Assembly (NCBI GenBank): GCA_051294375.1
Contig: CM119264.1
Span: 22,386,709 to 22,450,708 of the forward strand
Length of the DNA: 64,000 nucleotides
From: Paraspadella gotoi
Lineage: Eukaryota > Animalia > Chaetognatha
Reading direction: 5' to 3'
Part shown: piece after piece, positions 1 to 11,700 of the stretch
Position numbering within the stretch: the first letter of the stretch is position 1
How the letters are laid out: each line of letters begins with the position of its first letter
Notes under the pieces: generated by a model
Seen by the model: the letters and a program-made list of their open reading frames with translations, nothing else
What the model was told of the DNA's origin: nothing
The model's database searches: none
Made by a program: the position numbers and the translations under genes

Positions 1-242
1 CAATCGCTTAATGAACGTATAAATGAATGAATAAAAGAATAACGTGATGTCGATGATTATTAAAGCAGTAAATTTCAAAGAATGAGGGAATGAATAGTCG
101 AATATATAATAGAAAATGTAGTTAATGGCTATTTAAATTGTCTCGTTGCCTTTGAATGAACCTGATATTTCATTATTAATGAACGATTCTCTTCCAAACC
201 CCTCGCTCCTTCCTCAAAACTCACGGGATTTTTCTCTCCCAG

Positions 243-433
243 GTTTCGGTGATTATACCCCACAACTCGGCAATCTCTTCCAGCTCGAGGACATGAATGG
301 TTTTTGGACGACGTTCGTCTTCTACGTTTATCTCTCCAACGGAATCGGTCTCCTCTTCATGAACGTCTTTCTCGTTCGTTTGGAGGTGAACCGACTCTGG
401 TTCGTCATCAAGACGAGGCTCAGCATCGTTTGA
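243..433 (+). CDS. Terminal exon of a two-pore-domain (K2P/TWiK-family) potassium channel: second pore GFGD plus M4 helix
   Basis: Polypyrimidine tract and CAG at 229-242 precede a phase-1 exon reading (G)FGDYTPQLGNLFQLEDMNGFWTTFVFYVYLSNGIGLLFMNVFLVRLEVNRLWFVIKTRLSIV*. This has the GFGD selectivity-filter motif, a single hydrophobic helix and a stop. AATAAA at 769-774. Upstream exons lie outside the window. Confidence 0.75.
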
Positions 434-1259
434 AACGGACGGACGGATCGACAGAGACGGACTAAGCTTGCGGCGCCAAAAACCCCCACCGAACCTCGCG
501 GCAAAAAATGACCAAACTTCCCCTCAATGCAACCCTGATACTTTCTTCTCCGCCTCGTGGTCACCGGAAACCGCCACTGTGGACTCGGCAGTCGGCACCC
601 TTTGGATTACACGGTGTGATGGCACGCGCGTCTTCCCACGCTTCGAAGTTAGAGGCGTGGCGAGATCTTGCGTCCTCCCGAAGTCCCAGACGTTCCCAGT
701 GACTTTCTGAACTTTCTTGTTTTTTCCCTTAATTTCTGCCAAAAAAAAAACAAACTAAAAGCTGAATTAATAAATATCTCGGTACAGCATCTTCGAAAAT
801 TCCCTTAGTTCTCTCATTAAATTGTAGGCTTTTTTTTTTTCGAAACTAACTAATCGTTGCTAACAAGCTAAAATGCTATCATACCTTCGCACAATGTGTT
901 AACACGTATAAAAAAACCATGGCAAATCAAAAAAACTCACTCTTCATCGTTATATATGTAATAGCTGTCGTTAGAAAACTAAATTCGATGTATGTACATA
1001 GATCTCGCTTATCATTCCTTTTTTTTTTTTCTACGATATTGTAAAAAAATTCGCTTTGGTTATGTCTCCAATTTAAATTTTTCGTATTAATCCGAGTTTA
1101 TTTGTTGGAAACAATTATTTTTTATTAATTTCCTCGTACCGTATTTGATATTCGACCGACTAATAGAATGCTCGTAAACTACAATCGTAAACATTTCGAC
1201 ATTAACGACTTCGCCAAGCAGAGAGGGAGAAAGAGTGTAAGGGAATGTCAATGAGCAGA

Positions 1260-1387
<128 letters not shown>

Positions 1388-2866
1388 TCCGGCGGGTCCG
1401 AAACCTCAAACCGGAGCCCCCATCTAAAACTCTCTGACGAAATCGAAAGGGATCAATTATGGGAGGTAAAGAGTCGCAAATCAAATTAGGCTCCTGCTCA
1501 ACTTTTTTCTGTTCCCCGCGTTGCCCGGTCTGCCTGGCTGCCGGTTCTCTTAGACTTAGGGCTACCAGACTTACAGCCGGTTCGGCTCTTGAGCCTTTCG
1601 GCCGTCTCTTAATTTTGTTTACTGTTCGGGCGCCTCTAGCAGTCACGCGTGTTCTTCATTGGTCAATAAAGTTCCAAAATTGAGAAAAGAAAAATCTGGG
1701 TCAAAACTAATGGTGTAAATTGAAATTTAAGAAATTGATTTTTCTTATCAACTTGAAGAAGTAGAACGTAATAAATTATAAAATTAAATCTAACAAATAA
1801 CAGTTTGATTTAGGAAGTATGGCATTTCTTGATAATTAATTTTGATATGCCCTATCAAGGCTATCAGGCGTTTATTAATTCGATAATTTCACAAAGTGAG
1901 ATAAACCTAGTTTTGTCTGCATAAAAAGTACATGTCGTGTGTTCCCAACCTTTGAATATGCCAGAACCAAGTTATGCAGCTGGCAGAAGCTTGCGTCGAC
2001 AGACTCCCTCTGTTTGAAAATCAAACGCGCACTTCAATACCTGGCATATATACATATATAGTTTTATATTATATACTGTTCATGCTGGAGAAAGTCACCT
2101 TTGCCGTTTTCTCACTGCAGCTCAGTTCGGTTTCTATTGCCGCTCGGAACAGAATCACACTTCTTTGAGACTTCAATGTCTATTGAGAGTTTATTTCTGC
2201 GGGCCATATAATCCTATTTCCATTAAGCGTCACTCTCATCTCAAACATTTATGTCTGCTTTTTTTTTCGCCGTTCTAAATAGGGTTTTTCGTCATCGAAC
2301 AGAAATCAGGTTCAAAGTTGTTTTAGGTGATTGATCCTGGGTTATTAAGTGCTTTTTTTTTTTTGGTACAGGCTAATGGATGGAAATTAATCTTCGGGCC
2401 TTTCCAATTGTAATAACTTTCGTTCTTTTTTTCTAATCTTTTTTCCGGTTTTGTGTCTTTGACTGGAGGAATAAAAGGAGGGAAAAAATGAGAAGAAAAA
2501 CTTTAAAAAGAAAATAATAATTTATTCGTTTATTGTAAAAATGTAAGGGATAAGGGAATTGTGAGACGATCGTTGACCCCAGTTTATCACGTGAATCAAT
2601 TAATTTCTTTTTTTCCCTATAGCAGCAGATTAATCGGTATGACCGATAAATGCTTAAGATAATGTATTTGAAAGGCTAAACTAACATACTTAAGTTGTTT
2701 TTTTTTTTAGCAACATAACGAATGAGTCATGAAATTCATTGCTATCATATTCCAAACGACGAAAGCGACGAAAGCGACGAACGACGCGTGACGAACTCGA
2801 AAACGACTGACGAACAAAAGGACAAAGCCTCGTTCCCGTTGTTGATACCATTAGCTCCGCCACACT

Positions 2867-3807
2867 TCAAATCTCGTAAAAGTCCCGTTCGTTGTTAACC
2901 CGCATTGACCCGGCGCTCCCGTGACTCTGCCTTTGTTTTTCGATCGCGGCCCCGGTCGCGCATTGCCGTAGGACCGGAGGTGTTCGATTCCCTTTTGTTT
3001 CAGTTTCTGAAGCCCGGGTACGCGAAAGTCGGACGAGTCCGCAGAATATCGGCTTTGAGAGTTGTTCTTTTGTGGTTGTATTTTNNNNNNNNNNNNNNNN
3101 NNNNNNNNNNNNNNNNNNNNNNNNNNNNNNNNNNNNNNNNNNNNNNNNNNNNNNNNNNNNNNNNNNNNNNNNNNNNNNNNNNNNNNNNNNNNNNNNNNNN
3201 NNNNNNNNNNNNNNNNNNNNNNNNNNNNNNNNNNNNNNNNNNNNNNNNNNNNNNNNNNNNNNNNNNNNNNNNNNNNNNNNNNNNNNNNNNNNNNNNNNNN
3301 NNNNNNNNNNNNNNNNNNNNNNNNNNNNNNNNNNNNNNNNNNNNNNNNNNNNNNNNNNNNNNNNNNNNNNNNNNNNNNNNNNNNNNNNNNNNNNNNNNNN
3401 NNNNNNNNNNNNNNNNNNNNNNNNNNNNNNNNNNNNNNNNNNNNNNNNNNNNNNNNNNNNNNNNNNNNNNNNNNNNNNNNNNNNNNNNNNNNNNNNNNNN
3501 NNNNNNNNNNNNNNNNNNNNNNNNNNNNNNNNNNNNNNNNNNNNNNNNNNNNNNNNNNNNNNNNNNNNNNNNNNNNNNNNNNNNNNNNNNNNNNNNNNNN
3601 NNNNNNNNNNGATCACCCGTCTGTCTGGTCAATTAATTAACTTAATCACTCATTCATTTCAAATTAAATAATTATTCAATCAATATTAATTATCGATTAA
3701 TTTTAAAACTTATCAATCGATAAATCAAACAATCAATCAATCATCGTTCCTTGTGTTATTCGTCGTCGTCACCTCATCCATCTTCGCGTGGTTGCTTTCG
3801 TCGTGAC
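2867..3807 (-). CDS. Possible exons of an unidentified minus-strand gene, interrupted by the N gap
   Basis: A 35-bp segment (3773-3807) is bounded by TTTTAG and GTGACG on the minus strand. A GC-rich open frame at 3084-2867 ends ...SMRVNNERDFYEI*. No family recognised. Confidence 0.25.
3085..3610. other. Assembly gap (526 N)
   Basis: Run of N. Confidence 0.99.
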
Positions 3808-4157
3808 CTAAAACCAAACGAGTTTTAACAAATAACGCCGGAACTAATCAGATACTTAATTAATTAATCAATAAATTATTTACTGCTAATGAATGAGGGC
3901 AGATCCGACATTGGTTGCTCAAACTTGTTACTTTATAAATGATCAAATTTCCTACCAATTATTAAAGTTCGCTGGCTAAATCCTGAAACTGTTTTTCCAC
4001 GTGAGTTCGTTTCAAGTTGAAACTCAAACCATCGCGAATTCAAACCCCCTCCTCAAAAATGTCATCCTTCGATGCTACAGATAATAATCAATGTCATCAT
4101 CACTGTCCCTCGTTACTATGAGAGGGAAGCGATGTCATATTCAACTCTCCCGCCCTG

Positions 4158-4265
4158 CACGTGATCTACTCGGTCACGTGATTACTTTTTACGGCGTCTC
4201 TCGGAAATCGAATCTCCTCGTCAGACGAAACGGACTTTTTTTTCTTTTACCGTGGCGCCCCCCCT

Positions 4266-4360
<95 letters not shown>

Positions 4361-4398
4361 GGCTCTCTCTCCTCCTCTCTTCTCGTAACCATGGCAAC
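4158..4398. promoter_or_regulatory. Candidate promoter: two CACGTG E-boxes and an RFX X-box
   Basis: CACGTG at 4158-4163 and 4175-4180. GTAACCATGGCAAC at 4385-4398 fits the RFX X-box consensus GTNRCC-N0-3-RGYAAC. CpG-rich context. Confidence 0.45.
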
Positions 4399-6123
4399 CG
4401 GAGAAAGACGCGAAGGAAAGAAATTTGATCCTCGGGAAAATTAGTTTGGTAACTTGAGGTCACGTCTAACGGGGCGGTTGAGGGATGGAAAAGGGGGTGG
4501 GTGAGAGTTCAAGGTGGGCGGCGGAGAGGTCAGGAGAAGTGGTGGGGGTGGTGGGGTGTGAGGTGCGAAAAGTTCGGAGAGGTCTAAATCGATTCGAAGG
4601 AAACTGGCGAAAGTGACAGTCCACCGTTTCGTCTTCCGAATCGTTGTTAGTTGTTGTTGGTGCGTTGTCTTTGTCATTCGTCGTTGTCTCTCGCATTTAG
4701 TTTGGTTTTTTTCGTAAAATTTCTCCTCTCGAAACTTACTGGATCGTTGTCGTTTTATCGTTTTATCCCCAAATTGTGTCAGTTTGTTTCGCGTCACAGG
4801 CATCACGGGCGACTCTCCTCCTCCTCCTTCCTCCTCCTGACTCCTCCTCGCTCATCATCCATCCCCCTCTTCCTCCTACATCGCGTAGAAGCAGCGAATG
4901 AGGGGGGGTGGGTCATTGTAAAATTCATCTGATTGGTTATTTGGCGAGAACGGGAGTCGATGTCTTTTACAATTGACTGCTAAGATTTTAATTTATGGGA
5001 TGAAATTAAGAAAAGAGTTATACTATGAAATAATCAATAACTCGTCTAGCTAAAACAATGATACGAAAGCGGTGCAATCAGGAATCTTTTCAGCCAGGAC
5101 GGCGATTAAAATTTAGTATAGTTGCACGAAATGTGCTATCGCAAATGCAAGACGTGGTAATGGAACGCTCAAAATGCGTGGGATGTTTCTCTCCAAGATG
5201 GCGCCTTACCTTCAGTGGAGAAAGAATATCACTCACGGGATTTCAATCGGAATCGTTTTCAGAGACGAAGCACCGTCCTCCCTTCTTGCTCATCCTCGCT
5301 ATTCGATTCGTTTAATCCGAAAAAATCTGTCTCCTTCAAGCATTTTCTGAATGGCGTCTTAGTCCTTATCTAGTCCTCGCCATCATTGAGCTGCGTCCAG
5401 TTTTCGTCGGGATCAATGTCGTGCAGGCCTGGAGTGCTCGTGCGTATCGTCATGGTCGAGTGCTTTCGATGTCTTCGTCCGTTGTCCGAGTCATCTTTTC
5501 GTTGGAAAGGTAATACACAGGAAGGAGAGTATACAAGTAATTAAGTATTTAGAACCTTGGTGACAATTACAACAATAAAATAAAGGAAATAAACAAAATA
5601 TTCTAGTTGAAAAAAAAATTGAATGGTTTTTTTTTTTTTTTTTTTTTTTGAGAATTGTGATTTAGTATAACGGAACTAAACGAAACATCTTTTGAGTTAG
5701 TTTTCCCCCGAATTTCAATCGATGATGAAACGGATGACTCAACACGAAAGCTATTGAATGAAGTGGATGAAGCGTTTTATTTTTTTTATAGCAAACATAT
5801 TTTGATACTTATACATAACGACGGAGCTCTACCGTGCGTATGGGTAACATACGAACTTTTTAATACTAACGTCAAAGTACCTAAAATATCCAATTCAATT
5901 TGTACTTGTATGCGAAGTCAAAACGTAAGGTAAAACTGGAACTGATTGTGACATTTACATTGTTTAAAGTGTTCATAGATGCTACAAAGAATACAGCCAA
6001 TGCGGTAATGTACTTTTGTATTGTTACAAAGAATAAATACTTAAATATATTTAATCCTGTTAACAGTAACAATCTCGACGCACGAAATCGAGTACCTACA
6101 ACGTTCTAACGGATCTCCTCTAG

Positions 6124-6579
6124 TTTTAGGCGAAGGCAAGCAAGGCATCGTCTACAACATCAGAAGGTATCAAATTCATTAATTAATTCATCCATTTAAT
6201 TTTAACTTTTATCCTTTTAATATTTAGACGGTTTAATTTTTACATTTCAAGATAACAATCGTGTTCTTCTTCTTTCTCTCCAGAGGCAACAGTGTCTAGG
6301 CCCTCAAAGAGGTCGCCAACCCTGCGGACGACGCGATGGAGAAGATGCGAATCCTCAAGAGCCTCAGCCACGGGAACATCCTCGACTACGAGGACGCCTT
6401 CAACCGAGAAGGGAAACTCCACTTTATAACGGAGTTGGCGAACGTGGGTCCGCTGGCCGAGAAGATGGCGGACCTTTCCCCGCGATCCCGACGAATGAAG
6501 GAAGTCATTGGGGGCGGAATATAACGTCTGGCGATGTCTCTTTCAGACGGCGGGGGGATTGGAGTATCTTCACGACAGG
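6124..6579 (+). pseudogene. NEK/NIMA-like Ser/Thr kinase fragment (subdomains I-VIa), disabled
   Basis: Exon 6124-6166 (LGEGKQGIVYNIR) splices in phase to the exon starting at 6284 (RGNSV*ALKEVANPADDAMEKMRILKSLSHGNILDYEDAFNREGKLHFITELANVGPLAEKM...). After a frameshift near 6510 it reads EYNVWRCLFQTAGGLEYLHDR. In-frame TAG at 6297-6299. No HRD or DFG motif found downstream. Confidence 0.75.
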
Positions 6580-7115
6580 GTAGGACCACTCGGCCCCGGA
6601 AGTTACGTCCTCCGGTGCCGACGGCTTCCTGCCCTCGGCGGACGTTTGGAGCCTGGGAGTCGTCGGGGCCATTTGTGGCAACGCCGGACGGCACCCGATC
6701 GTGGCGCAGGCATTTCACGCCCCGACGCCTCTCTTGCCGAATGACAACTCGGCCGATCTCTCCAAGTTACTCGGCCGACGACCCGACTGCTCGTCCAATC
6801 GCCGGGAATCACGTGCGATTCGTGCGAGAAACCAGTTGCTGGAAATCGGTTCAATTCCAAGGTTTGAGGGGGGGGGGCAATTTTCTTTCTTTCTAGTTTT
6901 TTACGATCAATTTGTGTTTTTCCTTCCAACGTTCACGCTTTCCTCTATTTTTGACACCTTTTTAAAAAATGAACTAAAGTAATTAATGTCTAAATAATTG
7001 TGTATAAATCAAACGTAAATACTATTCTACTATCATTTTAAAAAATATTAAACTCGTTTCCCCTCAAAGGAGTGCGAAAACTTCAATCTCTACCAGGACT
7101 GTTTCAACAAACGCC

Positions 7116-7181
7116 ATTGGCTGAGAAGGCACTAGCTTATCTAGATATGTCTCTTTTTTCAGGGGTGTGAGTTCGAATCTC
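7116..7181 (+). other. tRNA-derived (SINE-head-like) remnant
   Basis: A-box-like TGGCTGAGAAGG (7118-7129) and B-box-like GAGTTCGAATC (7169-7179). No complete cloverleaf. Confidence 0.3.
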
Positions 7182-7548
7182 AAACTTACATTTATAGAAC
7201 ATCACGTCAAAATCGAATTGAGTTTATAAAAAAAAATTTCTGACGGTTAACAAGACTGGCGCACGAGTATCTTGCTTCAATTTACACGCGAAGGAAGTAA
7301 GTACAGTGGTTTATAAGGTGGTCCAAAGAATCAACGTGGTTGGAAAAATTTCAGTCTAGATCCACTCGAATGCTGGTTCTTCCCAGGTCGAGAATTCTAC
7401 CGCAATCCGGTTTCATAGTTCCTATTATGTTCTTGGAAATCCCAATTTTTTACACGTCATCGACGGTCGCCAAGCGACCAGAAAACATTATTAACTTGAA
7501 ATAACGAAGCAGGATATAGGGATTTAAGTTATATCAATATAATTGACA

Positions 7549-8352
7549 ATGCAGCCGCCACCTGAGAGCTATATTTCGCGAACGCATCAAACGGTGTACA
7601 TGACTCATGCGTTGGGAAGCCCATATACGTCCACAGCTCCACAAATGACGGCTGTGGGGCAGCCAGTCATAACGAAGACCGATAACAGGTTAGGCAATTG
7701 TCAGAACATTTGGGCGAATATAATACAATAATATAACATGTAATTTTAAAGTTTAAAAAAGGAAGGAAAGAAATAAATTGAAAAGACAACTTTGGGCGGT
7801 CAATTTCTCGATGGTTTTTTTTGTGATATATAATATATAATTACAACTTTACTTTACTTTACAAACTTAAAAATTTGATGTTTTAATATTGATAATTCGC
7901 AAAAACTGTTAAAAATCACCATATGATGATCATGATAATGATTTTTTTAAGGTTTTGAGCCACACATAAGGGGAATAGGCGCAAAGCGAAAAGGTGAGAC
8001 GGAGGCCGGAAGATGGGGTAGGCTTTGGGTCTTGTCTCGAGTGAAATAAATTGGGAGGTCGTCAGGCCAACTTGGCGAAAAGTTAAAAGGAGCGTCAAGA
8101 AGAAATAAATAGACTTAGGAATGTTCGATTTTATTTTCTCAAAACGTTCGAGCGCTCTATTCTCGTTTCAGTTACGGAAAATACGCTCTGGCCGCCGCTA
8201 TTGCATCCATCGTCACTTCAGTGTTGGTCATCCTTGGCTCCGTCATCGGCACCACCTTTGGATCAGCGTCCGGAGGCGGGTCCAACCTCGGCGGCTTCTT
8301 GCTCTTCTTGTTCTGCTGCTGCTTTTGTTTCTGTTCCAAGGAAGACGAGTGA
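7549..8352 (+). CDS. Two-exon gene (7549-7688, 8172-8352) for a 106-aa membrane protein with a Cys-rich C-terminus
   Basis: GT-AG intron with matching phase 2. Product: MQPPPESYISRTHQTVYMTHALGSPYTSTAPQMTAVGQPVITKTDNSYGKYALAAAIASIVTSVLVILGSVIGTTFGSASGGGSNLGGFLLFLFCCCFCFCSKEDE*. Two hydrophobic segments. AATAAA at 8393-8398. Confidence 0.8.
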
Positions 8353-8711
8353 AAGAGTTTAGTCGGAAATTCCATTAAGACTTTTAAAGTTTAATAAAAA
8401 TTTTTAATTTTCACAAAAAATCACAATGGCGAATGACACGCTACCTATATGTATATCTTTGTTCGGAGATGTGTTTTTATAAACATTTGGCTTTCTTTTT
8501 AAATCGTTTAATTTTCGATACCCAGTACTATCAAATTTAAAACCTATATAATTATTTTATCTAAATCTAGGATGTATCAAATTAGGATTTGCCTGTAATC
8601 ATTATGATGTCGAAAATTAAAAAGTGGGCTTTTTGCTTTGGTCGCTTCATTTTAAGATTTTCTGGTATTCTGAATTTTCATGTCATAGGGAAAAAAAAGC
8701 TTTTTCGCTCG

Positions 8712-11700
8712 GCTCTTCTTGATCATCTGACAACAACTTTCTCTTCTCCCTCCCTCTCTCTCCTTCCTACTAACTCTCTTTCCCTCAACTCCTCATCTCC
8801 CTTCGTTTCTCTCTCCCTTCTCTACTTTCCTCTTACCTTCTCACAATTCTTCTCTTCCTCTCCTCCTTCCCCTCACTTTCTTCTGTTTCTGATAAACTTC
8901 GCTTCTTCATTGACTTGTCAAGGCGTTCCCCTCTCTCGCTCCCCGCCGGGAAATATGAGACGGATGCAGTAGACTGTAATGTTGGATCCTGGTAGGGTGG
9001 CTCGTTCCTCTCCTGCCTCTGTTACTGTCTCTATCTCTTCCTCTCTGGGTAAAAGATCTATTCCTTCACATGACTTAATCTATTTTACTACTGCTTTTTC
9101 TGTATTCTACTCTCTCTCTCTCTCTCTCACTCTCACTCTCTTCTCTCTCCTCATTTCTCTCGTCTCTCCCGTAGCTATACAAATCTCCTCTCCTCTCTCT
9201 CTCCTTTTTTCTTCGCCGCTGGACCGCAACGCTGCGCCGCGACGTTATGGGCAAACTGCCCGAGAGCGAAAAGTCCAAAACCTCAATTTCCATGCAGGTT
9301 AGAGGGGGATTGGGGCGGAAATTCGTTGTGACGCAGTGCTTATTATTTAATGGGTCAAGTCAATTATTCGATGAGAGCATTGTCGTCGAGAGAAACGTAG
9401 GGAACGGATTAGAGATAGATCTAGACCAGACGGCGAAGATCGAGACAGAACGGACTGAGACGGTGGGATGTTTAGAGCATGTAATTGAACGAGACCATCG
9501 ACTATATGACCGCCAACGTCTCGCGGGCAAGACTATCATGCTGCTATGACCAGCTTCTCCATTACGAGTGTAACTATGCGCTAAACGGTGTATAAGTAGC
9601 TCTGACTTAGGCACAGCTACGTATTGTGTCACGTAACCGCGCGTGCTTGATAAAATATCTGAGAGGAGAGAAGAAAGATGAGAGAGAAGCAGAGGTCCAG
9701 GCCCGAGAGGGAGACCGGCGAGTGAGGAAGATAAGAATGATTTCTTTTATTCAACCAACTTGATGGACTGGGAACGCAGACTGGGATTCCTTGAGATTGG
9801 AATCCTGATTGAGAAAAAAGATAAAAAAAAGGGGATGAGAAAAAAAAACGGGAAAAAAAAGAAAAAGAGAGAGAGGAGAACGGAGTAGCACGAGCGGAGG
9901 GGAACGGAGATGAGGAGGCGAGAGACGGATGCGAGGAGATGGGACTGACCCGAGAAGAATTACGGGAAGCGGAGGAGAGAGAGGACGGAGAAGAGAAGAG
10001 AAGAAGACCGGAAGAGGAGGAGATGAGGAGAGAGGAGAGAAGAGAGGAGAAGAAGAAGAGAGAGACGAGAGAGAGGGAGAGAGAGTTGAGATGAGGAGAG
10101 ACAAGAGATGGAGGGAGCAATGGAGCGCTAGAGAGAACGAGAGGGGCAGAGAGAGGCAAGATCGAATTTGCGCGAAATGAGAACTCCCCACCAGTACCTC
10201 TTCCAAGAAAAAAGTAAAATACTCGTGTTTTCGAACAGGTTAAAAGAGATGTAAAGTTTATGTCTCAACGACCTCAAATGGAACATTTCAAATGGAGGAC
10301 GGTCAGAGAGAGAGAGAGAGAGAGAGAGAAGAGGCAGCAGAAGAGAGAGCAGAGAGCATGAGAGAGAGAGAGAGAATCGACGAGAAGAACAATTAATGCG
10401 TACGCAATTTCCGTTTCTGTTTTTTTCTCTCTCTCTCCCTCGCGTCGCCAATCTCCTTCCCCACAGCGGTAAATCATACAGGTAACTGATTGGGAGGCAA
10501 AAGGGCCCGCCCACTTCAATTAACATTTTTTTTTCTCGAGTCTCTTAATCCGATGCCGACGATTTTACGATGACGACGACGACGACGACGACAGTGACAA
10601 GGAAGAAGACTAAGATACGAGAGAGGTTATGAACATCGCGTCGTCCTAATGTAGTCTCTTTATTGTAGTTATGTGAAGAACAACAAAAACGAGCAACAAC
10701 AAGAACAAAAGTTAACACCCCTGAGAATAAAAAAAACAAAGCTGAGATGAAAAGAAAATCGCGAATCAACACCCATTGAAGCGCTGAAAAAAGACAAAAC
10801 AATTACCACGCAAAAACAACAAGCAATTCCGAGTCAAATTGACCAAATTGACGTCTCCTTGTCTTACTTCACCCTGTCGAAGGCGGACGGTTTACCGACA
10901 ATGACTTGGCGTTGTGAAGGAAATAAACTTCTGACAATAAGAGGCCGAAGAAAGCAGAGCGACGTCAGAGCCCGGACACTCTCGCTTTGAGAGTATGAGG
11001 TGCGAGGGTTTCGCGATCGGAGATTTGGCCGCAGCGCCTCTGCCCCCCCCTCTTCTGCCGGTCACCGTCAACGAAATTGCGACGCACCCCGGGTTTTTCG
11101 CGTCGCGACCGCGAGTTGAGAGGCCTTATGCGGAACTCGAATCCAAGGACTGGACCACTCATCTCGAATCCTTGCTTTTTTTTTTTTTTTTTTTGCTTAT
11201 TTATATACTGAGACAATCTCGGTTTTCGAGCGAATACGATGCCTGCGACCTTTTCCGCCGTTAGCGCTGTTTGGCTTTGGCTTTAACTTTAGCTGTCCAT
11301 CGGAGGTTTTTTTTTAAACCGTCTAGTAAGAGATGACCAGAAAAAAGATCAAATTTAATAAATTTTTAATATTTATTTCATGTAACAAGTCAAATAAAGA
11401 TTTTAAAGGCAGACCTCCCATATGTTGCAAGCGACAATGTCATTTCGTATCGATGAGTCCATGTTTCCCGAGTCGCCAAGTTTCTCCCTCGCCAAACGAA
11501 ACCCTTTTTTTTCTCGTCTCCACGAGTGCATAAAACTCTGCTTACTCTATTTCGTTCATATTCCCACGGCCGCACAGTGTTTCAGACTCCAACTTTATTC
11601 TTCTATTCTCTCCACCCCCCCCTCATTCCCTTCCCTCCCCTACCTCTTCCCCCCCCCTACGCCTGTCCTCCCCCTCACCAAAACAATCTCGACGAGAAAG

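Noticed and set aside
1490-1660. GC-rich, hairpin-capable segment with an Sm-site-like AATTTTG as a possible snRNA or telomerase RNA
   Set aside because: No match to the U1/U2/U4/U5/U6 hallmark sequences I know and no clear template. An Rfam search would be needed.
2867-3671. Long ORFs of 190-250 aa around 3.1-3.6 kb
   Set aside because: Their length comes from reading through the N gap.
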